In this document: piece after piece, positions 19,538 through 30,713 of the stretch
How positions within the stretch are numbered: the stretch's first letter is position 1
How the letters are laid out: each line of letters starts with the position of its first letter
IMG/VR virus record: IMGVR_UViG_3300044801_000206
Coordinates: 2,606 to 66,605 of that record
Source: a virus
Direction: 5' to 3' (one strand)
DNA length: 64,000 bases
Translations under genes and position numbers: made by a program
The notes under the pieces: generated by a model
The model's database searches: none
Seen by the model: the letters and a program-made list of their open reading frames with translations, nothing else
What the model was told of the DNA's origin: nothing

Positions 19538-19978
19538 TCAAAAGATCACGGATGAATTAACGAAGTCTACCATCAAGGTACCGCTGATTGACTTCAGTGT
19601 AAAATCTCCATTTAGCTGCAAGCAGTAAGCCGTAAAAGAGACTCCCGATGCTGGCGTGATTGTAGTGGTCCCTGGGCTGCCATCGGAAGTGAGAACTGTA
19701 GACGCAACCGTTCCCGATCCAACGGTTTGAGCCATGGTTTGGGCATTTCCATTGACATCCAAGTACGTGATCGTGAACCGTACCGCAGATCCCACTGGCG
19801 CGGCGGCAGCTACCCATACAGTGGGTTGGCAGGATTTTACAAAGGGCAGTATGGACATTAAGTTCTGGCACGCCCGGATATTCATATTCTCAATCAAGAC
19901 TACCTGGAACCCGGCTTGATTGCTTTGAGCAATTGCACCCCAGGCAAAGAGTAAAACGATAAACAGCAACTTCCTCAT
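19538..19978 (-). CDS. Secreted protein
   Basis: Signal peptide MRKLLFIVLLFAWGAIAQ. AGGAGG RBS. Confidence 0.7.
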   Translation of the reverse strand: MRKLLFIVLLFAWGAIAQSNQAGFQVVLIENMNIRACQNLMSILPFVKSCQPTVWVAAAAPVGSAVRFTITYLDVNGNAQTMAQTVGSGTVASTVLTSDGSPGTTTITPASGVSFTAYCLQLNGDFTLKSISGTLMVDFVNSSVIF

Positions 19979-19990
19979 ATAAGCCTCCTT

Positions 19991-22900
19991 TTAAGCGGCG
20001 TATTTCACACGGTTAGAATCACTAGGATCATACCATAATTGCTTGGTCCCTGATCCCGGATCACTTGATGGCAAACCCTGATGAACAAATGCCGATCCAT
20101 TCAAATTAACAACATGCGTCCCATCGTAAAGATAGAGAATCCCCGAACCCGCATCAACCTTCAAATCGGCGTAAGCAGAGGGAGTGGCCGTCGAGGAAAG
20201 AAGCAGGCGGCCGGCCTGCCCCCCGGAGACAGCATTGGTATATAAGTCTACGGTTTTTGTCGTTGAATATAGCAGGAATAGTTCAAAAGGCCTGATGCCA
20301 ACATAAGCTCCGGTGGAGTTGTCGAGACACTTAAACCCCGCATATCCAGCTCCGTAGCTATCATAATAATTTGCAATGCTTGTCGTGATCCCGTTCAGGA
20401 TGAGGCTCAATGTTCCCTGTACGATCGCCACTGACGAAGATGTGATCGTTACGCTACTGCCGCCGCTCGCCAAAGTGATCCCCGATGTGTTCAGGGTTAT
20501 ATAGGCGGTCCCGTTGTAGACCATCTGGATACTGGACGACGAAATGATCACTGAGTAGTTGTTGGCACCTCCGAAGGAACTGGCGATAGTGATGCCAGAG
20601 CCGGTTAAGCTCATATATGGGCTGCTCACCAACCCGCTCCCGCCTCCAGACGCCGCCGTGCTGTACAGCGTCATGCCGGACGAACTCAGGTCGATCAGGG
20701 GATTGCCGCTGCCGCGGCTGAAGATCGCGTCTCCTGTGAAGATGGCCGTGCCTTGGGTGACATTGGCCGCCGCGAGCTTGTTCAGCCCCACGCTGGCGAT
20801 CAGCGAGTCCACTAGGGCCAGCGCTGCAACCACCGTGGCGGCGTTGCCAGTGGTGATGTTCACCGCAAGTTGGCCGGCGACTGTACTGAGTCCTGCTCCC
20901 ATGGCGAGCGTGGTGGTATTCCCGCTCTTGGTCAACGGTGCAGCGACGCCTGATACCAGGAAACTGTTGGTGAAGATGATTGTCGAGGAAGTCCCGCTCA
21001 GCGTGTCAACCGATGCCTGCATACTCACGGCGTTGTTGGGCACGGTACCTGTCAACGAGAACGGTTGCAACGTCGAGGTGAGTAAACTGGTCAAGTTAAG
21101 CGTGGCGGATGACACCACGCCCCCGCTGGCGTTCAAGAAGATCAACCGCATTTCCGTGGTGCCGCTGCCGGCGCCGGCCGTCACTGCCGCCCAGATCTCG
21201 AAGATGTAATTGTCCGCCGGGCGGACAGTGAAAGTCTGATACAGGCCGGCTACGCCGGAGGCTACAATCTGGAAACACTGAACGGCGAAGCCCAGACTGC
21301 TGTTCGAGACCGTCGAGTACGTGCCAGTCGAATCCGGCGTCCACCCTACCAACCCCTGAATGGCTGATGGATTGACCAGCATGTTGTTGGAATTGCCGGT
21401 CGGCGGAGGTCCGACATGCAGCAGAAATGTGGAGGTTTGCAGCGTAGCTGTAGAGTCGCCAGTGTAAGGCGGGCTGTTTACGGTGTTGTCACGGCTCAAT
21501 CCCCAGATCGAGAACTTTAGATATCCGTCAACCCCTGGCCCCGGATAGTTCCCTTCCAGGGAAGGCTCAACAAAGGTGGCACCAGTGTTGGGGACTTCGA
21601 TGTTCTTGTTGAACCCGCTGGTATTTGAAACCCCTCCAGGGTTAATTGGATTGCCGCTGGAGTCCGTCCACTCCACGCACAACTGGTAGAAGGCGCAGTT
21701 GGGGTCTCCTTGCAGGGGCGTTGTTAGTGAGACCGCAACAGCCCAATACGGATTTCCAAGCCCGTTGGCGCCCATGTAGATGTTGGCTGGGGTAGGGGAG
21801 GAACCGCCGACGTTGGTGACTGTGATCGTGGCACCGCCGGCAATCGGGGAAGCGGCGATCGGCACCGTCAAGATGTTGCTCAGTGTTGCGACCGTCGCGC
21901 CTGGGTTAGCGTATTGATTCGCCCCGTAGGCCCCGACCTGGATAGACTGTGCAGAGGTCTGGACAAGGATCTGGAACAAAACGGTCGTGAGGTAATGCGT
22001 TCCGTCGTTGTCCACGCGATCAGGGACAACGGTTGGTGAAGACGGGATTGCCGTCCACCCGCCGGTCGCAGTGGCAACCCAAGTGCCGCTCTGGTTCTGA
22101 TAGTACTGCGAACTGCTGGTCAGGTAGACATATATCCCCGCTGGATAGTTTGGGTTCGGAAGGCTTGGCAGGGAAGCGACTCGGTTTGTAAGGCTGAACT
22201 CCAGGTTCAGAATCGTGCTCAACACGCCGCTCATCAGTTCCTTGACAACCATTTGAAGAGTAGCGTACGTGGTCTGATTCTGATCGAGTGTGCGTATGCC
22301 GGTATCCGTCAGAACGATGCTGGATGGTTGTGTCGGTGGGCCATTGATGACGATCGTGCAAGATGCAGTTGTGGCAGTAGCGCTGGCATGGTCCGTGACT
22401 TGGCCGACGAACGTGAAAGTCCCGCTCACCGTTGGATTGCCGGTGATGGCTCCGGTGCTGGCACTGAGCGATAGGCTGGTTGGTAGAGAGCCGCTGGCGA
22501 GAGAATAGGTGTAGGGGGAGACTCCACCGGTTGCGATCAAAGCCCCTTGGTAAGCCAGCCCAATCAACCCAGCGGAGCCGGCAAAAGAGATTTGCAGGGG
22601 CGTGCTGGAAACGGCCGCACTGATGACGATGGTGCAGGAAATCGTGGCGATATTGCCGGCGGTGTCCGTCACGCTCCCGGAGACTGCGTAGGGGCCGACA
22701 GTCGTGGGTGTGCCAAAGATGATGCCAGTGCTCGTATTGAGCGAAAGGCCGGGCGGGAGACCACTGGCAGAATAGATGTAGGGAGGGGACCCACCAGTTG
22801 CCGTGAAAGCTCCACCATAGACCACCCCGATAATCCCTGTGCTCCCGGAGAAGCTGATTGCCAGAGTAGACGTAACCGCCGCAGTAGCTTTCAAGGCCTG

Positions 22901-23035
22901 CTGGGCGGCCTGCTGTGCAGTAATGGCAGTGGATTGAGCAAGGTCCAGCCGCAGGTTCAACCGATAAAGACCTGGGTCCTTCAGATCATTTTGGGAGACA
23001 TTGATCTGAGGCGAATTGGTGTTCTCGTTGGCCAT
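19991..23035 (-). CDS. Tail fibre/host-recognition protein with two He_PIG-like domains and a CBM-like domain
   Basis: Two GGxxPY..LPxxLSL..STG.I.G.PT motifs. NMLVNPS..GLVGW..LYQTFTV is CBM4/9-like. Confidence 0.7.
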   Translation of the reverse strand: MANENTNSPQINVSQNDLKDPGLYRLNLRLDLAQSTAITAQQAAQQALKATAAVTSTLAISFSGSTGIIGVVYGGAFTATGGSPPYIYSASGLPPGLSLNTSTGIIFGTPTTVGPYAVSGSVTDTAGNIATISCTIVISAAVSSTPLQISFAGSAGLIGLAYQGALIATGGVSPYTYSLASGSLPTSLSLSASTGAITGNPTVSGTFTFVGQVTDHASATATTASCTIVINGPPTQPSSIVLTDTGIRTLDQNQTTYATLQMVVKELMSGVLSTILNLEFSLTNRVASLPSLPNPNYPAGIYVYLTSSSQYYQNQSGTWVATATGGWTAIPSSPTVVPDRVDNDGTHYLTTVLFQILVQTSAQSIQVGAYGANQYANPGATVATLSNILTVPIAASPIAGGATITVTNVGGSSPTPANIYMGANGLGNPYWAVAVSLTTPLQGDPNCAFYQLCVEWTDSSGNPINPGGVSNTSGFNKNIEVPNTGATFVEPSLEGNYPGPGVDGYLKFSIWGLSRDNTVNSPPYTGDSTATLQTSTFLLHVGPPPTGNSNNMLVNPSAIQGLVGWTPDSTGTYSTVSNSSLGFAVQCFQIVASGVAGLYQTFTVRPADNYIFEIWAAVTAGAGSGTTEMRLIFLNASGGVVSSATLNLTSLLTSTLQPFSLTGTVPNNAVSMQASVDTLSGTSSTIIFTNSFLVSGVAAPLTKSGNTTTLAMGAGLSTVAGQLAVNITTGNAATVVAALALVDSLIASVGLNKLAAANVTQGTAIFTGDAIFSRGSGNPLIDLSSSGMTLYSTAASGGGSGLVSSPYMSLTGSGITIASSFGGANNYSVIISSSSIQMVYNGTAYITLNTSGITLASGGSSVTITSSSVAIVQGTLSLILNGITTSIANYYDSYGAGYAGFKCLDNSTGAYVGIRPFELFLLYSTTKTVDLYTNAVSGGQAGRLLLSSTATPSAYADLKVDAGSGILYLYDGTHVVNLNGSAFVHQGLPSSDPGSGTKQLWYDPSDSNRVKYAA

Positions 23036-26000
23036 TACGCTGCTCCTTCACCGAGGCCCATCAGTTCATTGAAATTCATCTGCCGCAAGCCAGCGTGCCG
23101 GTCGCCACCGCATTCAATCCATTCCAGACCAGACCCTTCAGTATAGAAGGCTAGGGGAGTTGCCGCTGTAATCTGCACTCTGTAGGTTTTGCTTTTGTTG
23201 TACCCACTGCCCCAAACAGAGGGCAACAAGAAGCGTTCTACCGCTCTCGTGGCATGCGCCGGCAAAGTGGCCGTGAATGTGCCTGTATCGGACAAGATCG
23301 TCACCGTGATCTGAGATGCGCAAGTGTACATCCACCAGCCTTGGAAGACGAACTTCCAAAACTTCACCCCAAAGGTCTGTTCATACGAGTCCCAGATCGT
23401 TACGGCAGCCGGCTCTTTGACATTCTCCACCGTCCAATCCCAGAGCTTGGCGAGACCATTTGTCCCTGGTGTCAACAACAGGCGCCATTGCGTTCCCGAC
23501 AGATTCGAATTGCATGGCAGAATCACTCGCCGCGAGGTATACGTGGTGTTCACGCTGAACACCTGCACCGTCCCGGCTTCTTGTGTTTGTAGCGCAATCG
23601 CGCAGGCTACACCGCCAGTGTTGATGGTAAGAATCAGATTACGCGCGAGCTTGGGGTAGGGATAGCCGAGATCAGACCATGGTGTCCAGAGAACTACATC
23701 CGCCGGGTCAGAGCCGGAAGATTCAGGGATAGGGCTCCAGCGATTAAACGCCCACGAAAATTGCTGGTACTTGCCTCCGTTGCCAGGCGTGATAGTCAGC
23801 CGCCACATTTTGGCGAACACATCCACAGGGATCGGATAGTTATTTTTCCGATTGTCCACCGACCCTGTGTGGTTCACGGTCATCACCGTGCCGTTTTCAT
23901 TCTGCAAAATGACGGCCGCTGGCACGCTTTGGGTGTCTGCATCAATGGAGAGCCATGTCGGATTCTTGTCATTTTGGCTCTCCGCGTCCTTCCAGCCGGT
24001 GCTGTAGATGATGTCCGCAGGATACGGGTCAAAATCGAACTTATATTTCCACTGCTTAAAGCCAGCCGGAATGGTGCCGCCGGAGGGGTAAACGCGGACC
24101 ATCTTGGCAATTGTGTCCGGCGCCAACGGAAACACGCATTTGCTCCGGCCTCCCGTGAGGGTGAAAGACGCTACTGCGGGCGTCACGGTCTGCCCGGCAA
24201 TGCCGCTGAGAGTATCCATCACCAAGTTCACGTTCGATCCGCTGGTGTCGTCCCACTCAATCGTGATTGTCCGAAGGTACTTGTCCCACGGGTGTCCAAG
24301 GTCATCCCAATCAAACGTGTGGCCCACCACTCCTGGGTCGGCAGGCTGAAACTTGAAACTGTGGTTGAATAGCTGAAACTCCCCGCCGCCACTGGTCAAC
24401 GCCGGTTGATTCGGGTCCACGAACAGGCGCCACATTTTCCCCTGCAATCCGGTTGGGATAGTGACGTTAATTTTCCGGTTTTCCTCCGTGGCTTTCGCGT
24501 TGAAGATAAAAACCGTCGCCCCGTCAGCCTGCACCTCTACCGTCACATCGACGTTATTGGTGTTGACTTCGATGTCCAACTGGTTCAGGTACTTGTTATA
24601 CTCCGAACCGCCATCTTCCCACTTCGTAAAGGCGACGATATCTGGGGGGTATTGCTCGTGCTGGAAATTGTACTTCCAGGATTTGAACCCTATCGGCAGA
24701 GGTGTGGTCTGCGGGTAGAGCCGGATGTCCTTCGCGATCAGCCCGTCAGGGAGCGGGAACGTGCGCTCACTGCGGCCAGCGGTCCCAAGATCGAATGTTG
24801 CCACTGCGGACTGGACGGTCCCACCGCCAATGCCAGTCAACAGGTCCAGCACCATCACGACATCACTGCCGCTGGTATTGTCCCATTGGATTGTAACGGT
24901 GTACAGCCGCTTATCGTAGGGATAGCCTAGATCATCCCAATCGAAAGTGTGTTGGACTTCTCCCTTATCCGCCTTCTGGAAAGCAAAGCGATGGTTGAAA
25001 AGCTGCCACATGCCGCCGCCGATGGTCAGAGCCGTTTGAGTGGGATCAACAAAGATACGCCATTTCCTGCCTTTCAGATTTGGCGGTAGCGTAATGTTGA
25101 CCCTGCGATTGGACTCTGTAGTGGTGATGGCGAAGGGCGGCCCGGCATTGGCACCGTCTGTTTGAATCCGAACCGTTACTGCGACGTTGTTGGTGTTCAC
25201 CTCGAAGGTAACTTGGTTGGCGTACTTGTCGTACTCGTAGCCGTCATCCTCCCACGGCGTAAAGGCAACGATGTCTGCGGGATAGTCTTCTTTCTGGAAA
25301 CTGTACTTCCAGTTCTTGAAGCCAACCGGGATGGCCCCGACGGATGGATAGAGTCGGATCGCTTTGGCAATCAGTCCGTCGAGTAATGGGAATGTGCGTT
25401 CGCTGCGACCGGTGCCGGCACCCAGATCAAACGTCATCACTGCGGAGCGTACCGTGCCACCGCTCACGCCACTCAACAGGTCGAGCACCATGACCACATC
25501 TGCACCGCCGGTGTTGTCCCATTGCAGCGTGACGGTATACAACCGCTTGTCGAACTGATGGCCCAAGTCGTCCCAGTCAAATGTATGCTGGACTTCTCCC
25601 TTATCGGCCTTTTGGAAGGCAAAGCGATGCGAAAACAACTGCCACATACCGCCGCCCGAAGTCAATGCCGTTTGGGTAGGGTCAACAAACAAACGCCACT
25701 TTTTACCCTTGAGGCTGGTAGGCACGGTGATATTGACGCGCCGGTTTGACTCAGTAGTTTGCGCAGTCCCAGTGAAAACCGTAGCGCCGTCTGTCTGTAC
25801 CAGAAAAGTGACGCTCACGTTGTTTGTGTTCACTTCCAAATCGATTTGATTCAAATACTTGTCGTACTCATACCCACCGTCTTCCCAAGGCGTAAAGGCC
25901 ACAATGTCAGCGGGATAGTCTTCTTTTTGAAAACTATATTTCCACCCTTTGAAGGTGACCGGCAGGGTGGTTTGTGGGTATAGCCGGATTGCCTTTGCGA

Positions 26001-29000
26001 TCAATCCGTCCGGCAAGGCAAAAGTCTTTTCACTGCGGCCGGCAGTCCCGAGGATAAACGTGGCGACTGCTGACTGGACCGTTCCACCACTCACCCCGCT
26101 GAGGAGGTCCAGTACCATTGTGACGGAAGCCCCGCCCGTGTTGTCCCACCGCAAGGTCACAGTGTAGAGCTTCTTATCGAAGGGATAGTCTAAATCGTCC
26201 CAGTCGAAAGTATGCTGGACCTCCCCGAGATCAGCCTTCTGGAAGGCAAAGCGGTGGTTGAAGAGTTGCCACATGCCGCCGCCCGACACCAGAGCAGTCT
26301 GGGTTGGGTCAATGAACAGGCGCCACTTTTTACCCTTCAGCGCCGTTGGAGTAGTGATGTTGACACGACGATTAGATTCCGTGGTTTGGGCGGTTCCCGT
26401 GAAAACAGTAGTCCCGTCCGCTTGGGCCTGGAACGTCACTGCCACATTGTTGGTATTGACCTCCAGATCAAGCTGATTCAAATACTTGTCGTATTCGTAA
26501 TTGCCGTCCTCCCAAGGGGTAAAAGCCACAATGTCAGCCGGGTATTCTTCCTTCTGGAAGGTGTACTTCCAGCTTTTGAATCCAAGCGGCAGTGGAGTCG
26601 TTTGCGGATACAACCGCACTGCTTTGGCGATCAGTCCGTCGGGCAATGGGAATGTTTTCTCGCTCCGGCCCGCCGTGCCAAGCACAAATGTTGCCACTGC
26701 GGACTGGACCGTTCCGCCACTCACGCCGCTCAGCAGGTCTAAAACCATCGTCACCGAGGCGCCACCCGTATTGTCCCATTGGATGGTCACGGTATAGAGC
26801 CGCTTATCGAACTGGTATCCCAGGTCATCCCAGTCAAAGGTGTGCTGCACTTCGCCCAGGTCCGCTTTCTGAAACGCAAATCGATGGTTGAAAAGCTGCC
26901 ACATGCCGGTGCCGCTGGCGATCGCCGACTGAGCTGGGTCTACAAAGATGCGCCACTTCTTGCCCTTTAGCCCAGGCGGGAGCGTGATGTTCACTCGGCG
27001 ATTCGATTCCGTGGCCGTCACGGTGAAGGTGGGTCCGGCGTTCGCGCCATCTGCCTGGATCTGCACGGTGACGGCGACGTTGTTTGTATTAACTTCAAAA
27101 TCGATCTGGTTAGCGTACTTGTCGTACTCGTAGCCGCCGTCTTCCCAAGGCGTCACGGTGCAAATGTCGGGCGGATAGTTCTCTGATTCCGGGAAAGTTA
27201 CCTCAAAGATCCGGAAGAGATCAGCCGACGATTGAGGCGCGCCGCCTACCTCCGTCGCAGAGGAATACGGTCGCACCCGGAACAGCTTCCCGATTGTCGG
27301 ATCTGATAGCGGGAAGGTTTTCATGCACCGACCCGAACTAAGGCCGGTCGGGCCGGTCAACGTGAACACCTGCGCGGTCCCGTTCGTCAGGCAGTCCCGG
27401 CCGCCGCGCGTTTCCAAAACAATTTGGCGATTTGTGCCAGCAGTATCGAATACCACCGTCATCTGGTATAGCCGCTTGTCGTGCCGGTTCCCCAAATCCA
27501 GCCAGTCCGTGGCGCTGCCGGCGGTCAACAGACCGGTCTCCTGGTACTGGAAGATCAGCCGGTCAAGCGTGCATTGCACCGGCAATGCCGTCCCGGATAA
27601 GACAAACGAAATTGCACGGGCCTCCCGACCATAGGACTGATAAGTGCTCCCGCTCACCAAACTCATGTTGGGAAGTAGGGATACAAGTTGGCGCCCGACG
27701 AAAGAACTGCCTGTGGGGATGGCGATATTGAACGTATCTACGACCGTATCTGAATAATTCAAGAGCACTTGCACTGTGATGGTGGAGCCGCTGGCGGTAT
27801 AAAGCTGTGGGTCCGCATCAAGCCACACCTCCTCCCACAGTTTGTTTATCGCCGGAGTGCCGAGATCAAACCACGGCAATTTCACCGACCAAGAGATCCC
27901 CGCGCCGTCTTGCCCGACTCCCGCCGCAGTCCACCAGTCGCTGGTGTAATTGATCCCACCGCTGATGTACACCGCATCCGCAATCCCAAATACGGCACCA
28001 GCCGAAGTGCCTACCGCCAAGATCAATGACTCCGTGTCCGGCTCACGATAAAGCGTAGTGATGGTGTTGAACGATCCTCCACCGGCCGGTTGATTTTCGT
28101 TGAGTTGATACCAGCGACTGCCATAACGTGGTTCACAAGCCAGCGTCCATATATTCCCATCCGTCGCTGTGTAGACCAACCGCACCACCCCGCGCCGGTA
28201 TTCCATTCTGGCACCAGCCAATGCGGCGGCAGCGGAATAGTTCAACGGGGCAATGCCGTTGAAGTACTGATTGTGGAAAATCGGGTCGATCGCTTCGGTG
28301 CGTTTGGTGAGGGTGCCCCCGTCCCAAGAGTAGACCCCATCGTTCGACAGGAACCACAATTCGCTCTCCGTCTTGCACCATGCCGATTGAGCAACTAAGC
28401 CTTTCTTAGCTACTTCTGCTGCTTGGTAAAGTGACCCGTTGATGACGGGGACTTCAAACAGTGAGCTTAGATTCATGCAGGCTACTTGCCCGCGGAATTC
28501 GCAGAGGTTCACAATGCCATTCGAAGGCGTTCCGACTCCCTGGCTGGTGATGGCGCCGGCCGCGTCTATGCCGACAGGGAACGCTTGTGGAGACCCGGCT
28601 TTGCTCTTGTAGAGCATGTGCGGGTTGTTGGGATCGCCGGCCACCAGGAGTTGATCGCCGATCGAGGCCGCCAAATTGCATGGCTGCCCCATGATGGTAT
28701 CCACTTCCACCGGCGTGCCAGAGGCATGGGCAAACTGGAAGTACGCCGTAAGGCTGTTCGATGTCACCGACACTGCTACAACATCTTCTGGCGTAGTCGA
28801 ATCCAGGATGTGGACTGTACTGCCTGGCGTGACGGAGGTGAAAACGCCAGCCGTCACGGTTATTGTGGCTGTCTGATATTGTGGGTTGCTAGGGATGGCC
28901 GCGATCGTGCCACTGATTGGCGTTTTCACGGTGCTGGGCACGGGAGGGTCATTGTCCGTCTCTACGATGGCTTGGTAGACTAAATCGGCATCAGCCGTGT

Positions 29001-30183
29001 TGTCGGTGAAGGTTACATAATTGCCATACCCCGGATTCGCTACGTTCGCCACCAACCGGTAGAGCATGTCTGTCAACGTGCCGCCGCGGCGGTACACATT
29101 GACCGTGGGGAATCGCGTATTGTCTGCGACTCCCCAGATCAGGACGTAGGCTTGCCCGCCATTCACTGCGACAGGGACGCCTAAATAGATCACGCTGCTA
29201 ACCGTCTTTGTCGTAGTGGAGTTAGCCGACATCGACTGTGAAGGGTTGCCCTGATCCTGTGTGGCCGCTTCCAAATAGCAACAAACCCAATCGTAAGGCT
29301 GAGTGCCATTGGGGCTGCTGACCGCTCCGCCATTCAGGTTCCCGGCGGAGGCAATGCCGGTAACGGTAACGCCTGCGCTGAACGCGCCTGTAGGCGCCAC
29401 TCCTTGACCGTTTGAATCGTATAAACCGAATACTGCGCCTTGCCCATAGCCGGCATAATATGGATCGGCGGCTGAATTGCTGTACCCGACCACTTTCGCG
29501 TAGTACTTACCGTCTCCGGTCGGACAAGTGGCATCGACAATCCATCCAGACGGGACCCCGGAAAATGTCACCACGTCGGCATCAGCAATGCCGGTAGCAT
29601 CGGCTAGGTAGATACGGACTGGGGTGATTGCATCAGCCCCCGTAACCGACACAGGTCCGGTCATTACCGCTGCCATCGGAACACCGTGCGCCGGTTGAAT
29701 CCCCCACTTGGGGAGAGTCGAATAGGGATTCAGGCCACTGTCTTTCAACATGGCGTTAGGGCAAGCGAGGTAAGCCCACGGAGACCCGGTATCCCCCGCA
29801 GCGTAATCGGCCATCTCCCAGTGGGCTTTGTAGTCCGTGTCCACCGCAGTCGCCACCAGCGTTGCGGTATTGTAGTCCAGAGTCCGGTAAAGATCGCGAG
29901 TTGAAACTCCCTGGATGCCGAGATAGCGCGGGTTGGTTGAAGGCGTCAGCGGGTCTTCTCCGCCAGCGATGCGTAGCTTCCGGATGTGGTAGCAATATAA
30001 TTGCGCTGAGGTAAGATTGCCAACTTTCTTCGGGCCAGTGCGACTGCTGAGAGAACCTTCTTGATTGCTGCCAACATTGAGCGCGGACCTGTACTGGCCG
30101 TCTTTCAGAAGGTCAGGAGCGGCCTTCGAGAAGATACCTGCAAGCCCGAATCGAAACTCTGCGCTCTTGGGAGGGGTGGCCAT
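23035..30183 (-). CDS. Tail nozzle/stabilisation-like protein (2382 aa) with tandem C-terminal repeats
   Basis: Propeller-like LYKSK..LWFLSNDGVYSWDG region, KLPWFDLG..K motif, then repeats. Confidence 0.7.
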   Translation of the reverse strand: MATPPKSAEFRFGLAGIFSKAAPDLLKDGQYRSALNVGSNQEGSLSSRTGPKKVGNLTSAQLYCYHIRKLRIAGGEDPLTPSTNPRYLGIQGVSTRDLYRTLDYNTATLVATAVDTDYKAHWEMADYAAGDTGSPWAYLACPNAMLKDSGLNPYSTLPKWGIQPAHGVPMAAVMTGPVSVTGADAITPVRIYLADATGIADADVVTFSGVPSGWIVDATCPTGDGKYYAKVVGYSNSAADPYYAGYGQGAVFGLYDSNGQGVAPTGAFSAGVTVTGIASAGNLNGGAVSSPNGTQPYDWVCCYLEAATQDQGNPSQSMSANSTTTKTVSSVIYLGVPVAVNGGQAYVLIWGVADNTRFPTVNVYRRGGTLTDMLYRLVANVANPGYGNYVTFTDNTADADLVYQAIVETDNDPPVPSTVKTPISGTIAAIPSNPQYQTATITVTAGVFTSVTPGSTVHILDSTTPEDVVAVSVTSNSLTAYFQFAHASGTPVEVDTIMGQPCNLAASIGDQLLVAGDPNNPHMLYKSKAGSPQAFPVGIDAAGAITSQGVGTPSNGIVNLCEFRGQVACMNLSSLFEVPVINGSLYQAAEVAKKGLVAQSAWCKTESELWFLSNDGVYSWDGGTLTKRTEAIDPIFHNQYFNGIAPLNYSAAAALAGARMEYRRGVVRLVYTATDGNIWTLACEPRYGSRWYQLNENQPAGGGSFNTITTLYREPDTESLILAVGTSAGAVFGIADAVYISGGINYTSDWWTAAGVGQDGAGISWSVKLPWFDLGTPAINKLWEEVWLDADPQLYTASGSTITVQVLLNYSDTVVDTFNIAIPTGSSFVGRQLVSLLPNMSLVSGSTYQSYGREARAISFVLSGTALPVQCTLDRLIFQYQETGLLTAGSATDWLDLGNRHDKRLYQMTVVFDTAGTNRQIVLETRGGRDCLTNGTAQVFTLTGPTGLSSGRCMKTFPLSDPTIGKLFRVRPYSSATEVGGAPQSSADLFRIFEVTFPESENYPPDICTVTPWEDGGYEYDKYANQIDFEVNTNNVAVTVQIQADGANAGPTFTVTATESNRRVNITLPPGLKGKKWRIFVDPAQSAIASGTGMWQLFNHRFAFQKADLGEVQHTFDWDDLGYQFDKRLYTVTIQWDNTGGASVTMVLDLLSGVSGGTVQSAVATFVLGTAGRSEKTFPLPDGLIAKAVRLYPQTTPLPLGFKSWKYTFQKEEYPADIVAFTPWEDGNYEYDKYLNQLDLEVNTNNVAVTFQAQADGTTVFTGTAQTTESNRRVNITTPTALKGKKWRLFIDPTQTALVSGGGMWQLFNHRFAFQKADLGEVQHTFDWDDLDYPFDKKLYTVTLRWDNTGGASVTMVLDLLSGVSGGTVQSAVATFILGTAGRSEKTFALPDGLIAKAIRLYPQTTLPVTFKGWKYSFQKEDYPADIVAFTPWEDGGYEYDKYLNQIDLEVNTNNVSVTFLVQTDGATVFTGTAQTTESNRRVNITVPTSLKGKKWRLFVDPTQTALTSGGGMWQLFSHRFAFQKADKGEVQHTFDWDDLGHQFDKRLYTVTLQWDNTGGADVVMVLDLLSGVSGGTVRSAVMTFDLGAGTGRSERTFPLLDGLIAKAIRLYPSVGAIPVGFKNWKYSFQKEDYPADIVAFTPWEDDGYEYDKYANQVTFEVNTNNVAVTVRIQTDGANAGPPFAITTTESNRRVNITLPPNLKGRKWRIFVDPTQTALTIGGGMWQLFNHRFAFQKADKGEVQHTFDWDDLGYPYDKRLYTVTIQWDNTSGSDVVMVLDLLTGIGGGTVQSAVATFDLGTAGRSERTFPLPDGLIAKDIRLYPQTTPLPIGFKSWKYNFQHEQYPPDIVAFTKWEDGGSEYNKYLNQLDIEVNTNNVDVTVEVQADGATVFIFNAKATEENRKINVTIPTGLQGKMWRLFVDPNQPALTSGGGEFQLFNHSFKFQPADPGVVGHTFDWDDLGHPWDKYLRTITIEWDDTSGSNVNLVMDTLSGIAGQTVTPAVASFTLTGGRSKCVFPLAPDTIAKMVRVYPSGGTIPAGFKQWKYKFDFDPYPADIIYSTGWKDAESQNDKNPTWLSIDADTQSVPAAVILQNENGTVMTVNHTGSVDNRKNNYPIPVDVFAKMWRLTITPGNGGKYQQFSWAFNRWSPIPESSGSDPADVVLWTPWSDLGYPYPKLARNLILTINTGGVACAIALQTQEAGTVQVFSVNTTYTSRRVILPCNSNLSGTQWRLLLTPGTNGLAKLWDWTVENVKEPAAVTIWDSYEQTFGVKFWKFVFQGWWMYTCASQITVTILSDTGTFTATLPAHATRAVERFLLPSVWGSGYNKSKTYRVQITAATPLAFYTEGSGLEWIECGGDRHAGLRQMNFNELMGLGEGAA
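23700..27180 (-). repeat. Five to six tandem ~630-bp (~210-aa) coding repeats
   Basis: TPWEDG.YEYDKY.NQ and QHTFDWDDLG recur at about 630-bp spacing. Boundaries are approximate. Confidence 0.9.
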
Positions 30184-30314
30184 AGAATTTAAGCCTCGGG
30201 GACTGTTGCCTTCAGGCGACAGCGGAAGAGGCTTTCGGCGCTAGCCGACTGCCTTTCCCGGTTTAGTACTCCTGGGTCTTGCATTAACTGTCCGTCAGGT
30301 GCATACTCGCATAA

Positions 30315-30713
30315 GTGAGCGAGCGATACGCTAAAAATGCCGGAGCGGTTTTCAGTCTCAAGTACCACGTCGTGTGGTGTCCGAAGTACCGCCGCTCCGT
30401 GCTGGTCAAGCCGGTTGACATTCGATTGAAGGCGCTGCTTCGGCAGAAGGCCGAAGAGTTGGGGTTGACGATTCACACGATGGAGGTCATGCCCGATCAC
30501 GTACATCTGTTCGTGGAGGGTGGCCCTACGATCTGCGTTGCCGAGATCGTCAACAGGCTGAAGGGCTTCACGTCGCACGCGCTGCGCGAGGAGTTCCCGT
30601 TTCTTAAGTCGCGGCTGCCGACGCTCTGGAGTCGGAGCTACTACGCCGGTTCGATTGGCTCCGTCAGTGAAGCCGTGGTCCGAAAATACATCGAAGGGCA
30701 GAAGGGGAAGTAG
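30315..30713 (+). CDS. tnpA: IS200/IS605 Y1 transposase
   Basis: YHVVWCPKYRR, PDHVHL, KYIEGQ. Confidence 0.95.
   Translation: MSERYAKNAGAVFSLKYHVVWCPKYRRSVLVKPVDIRLKALLRQKAEELGLTIHTMEVMPDHVHLFVEGGPTICVAEIVNRLKGFTSHALREEFPFLKSRLPTLWSRSYYAGSIGSVSEAVVRKYIEGQKGK

Noticed and set aside
23700-27180. Diversity-generating retroelement template/variable repeats
   Set aside because: The repeats are in-frame tandem coding units, differences are not adenine-specific, and no reverse transcriptase is in the window.
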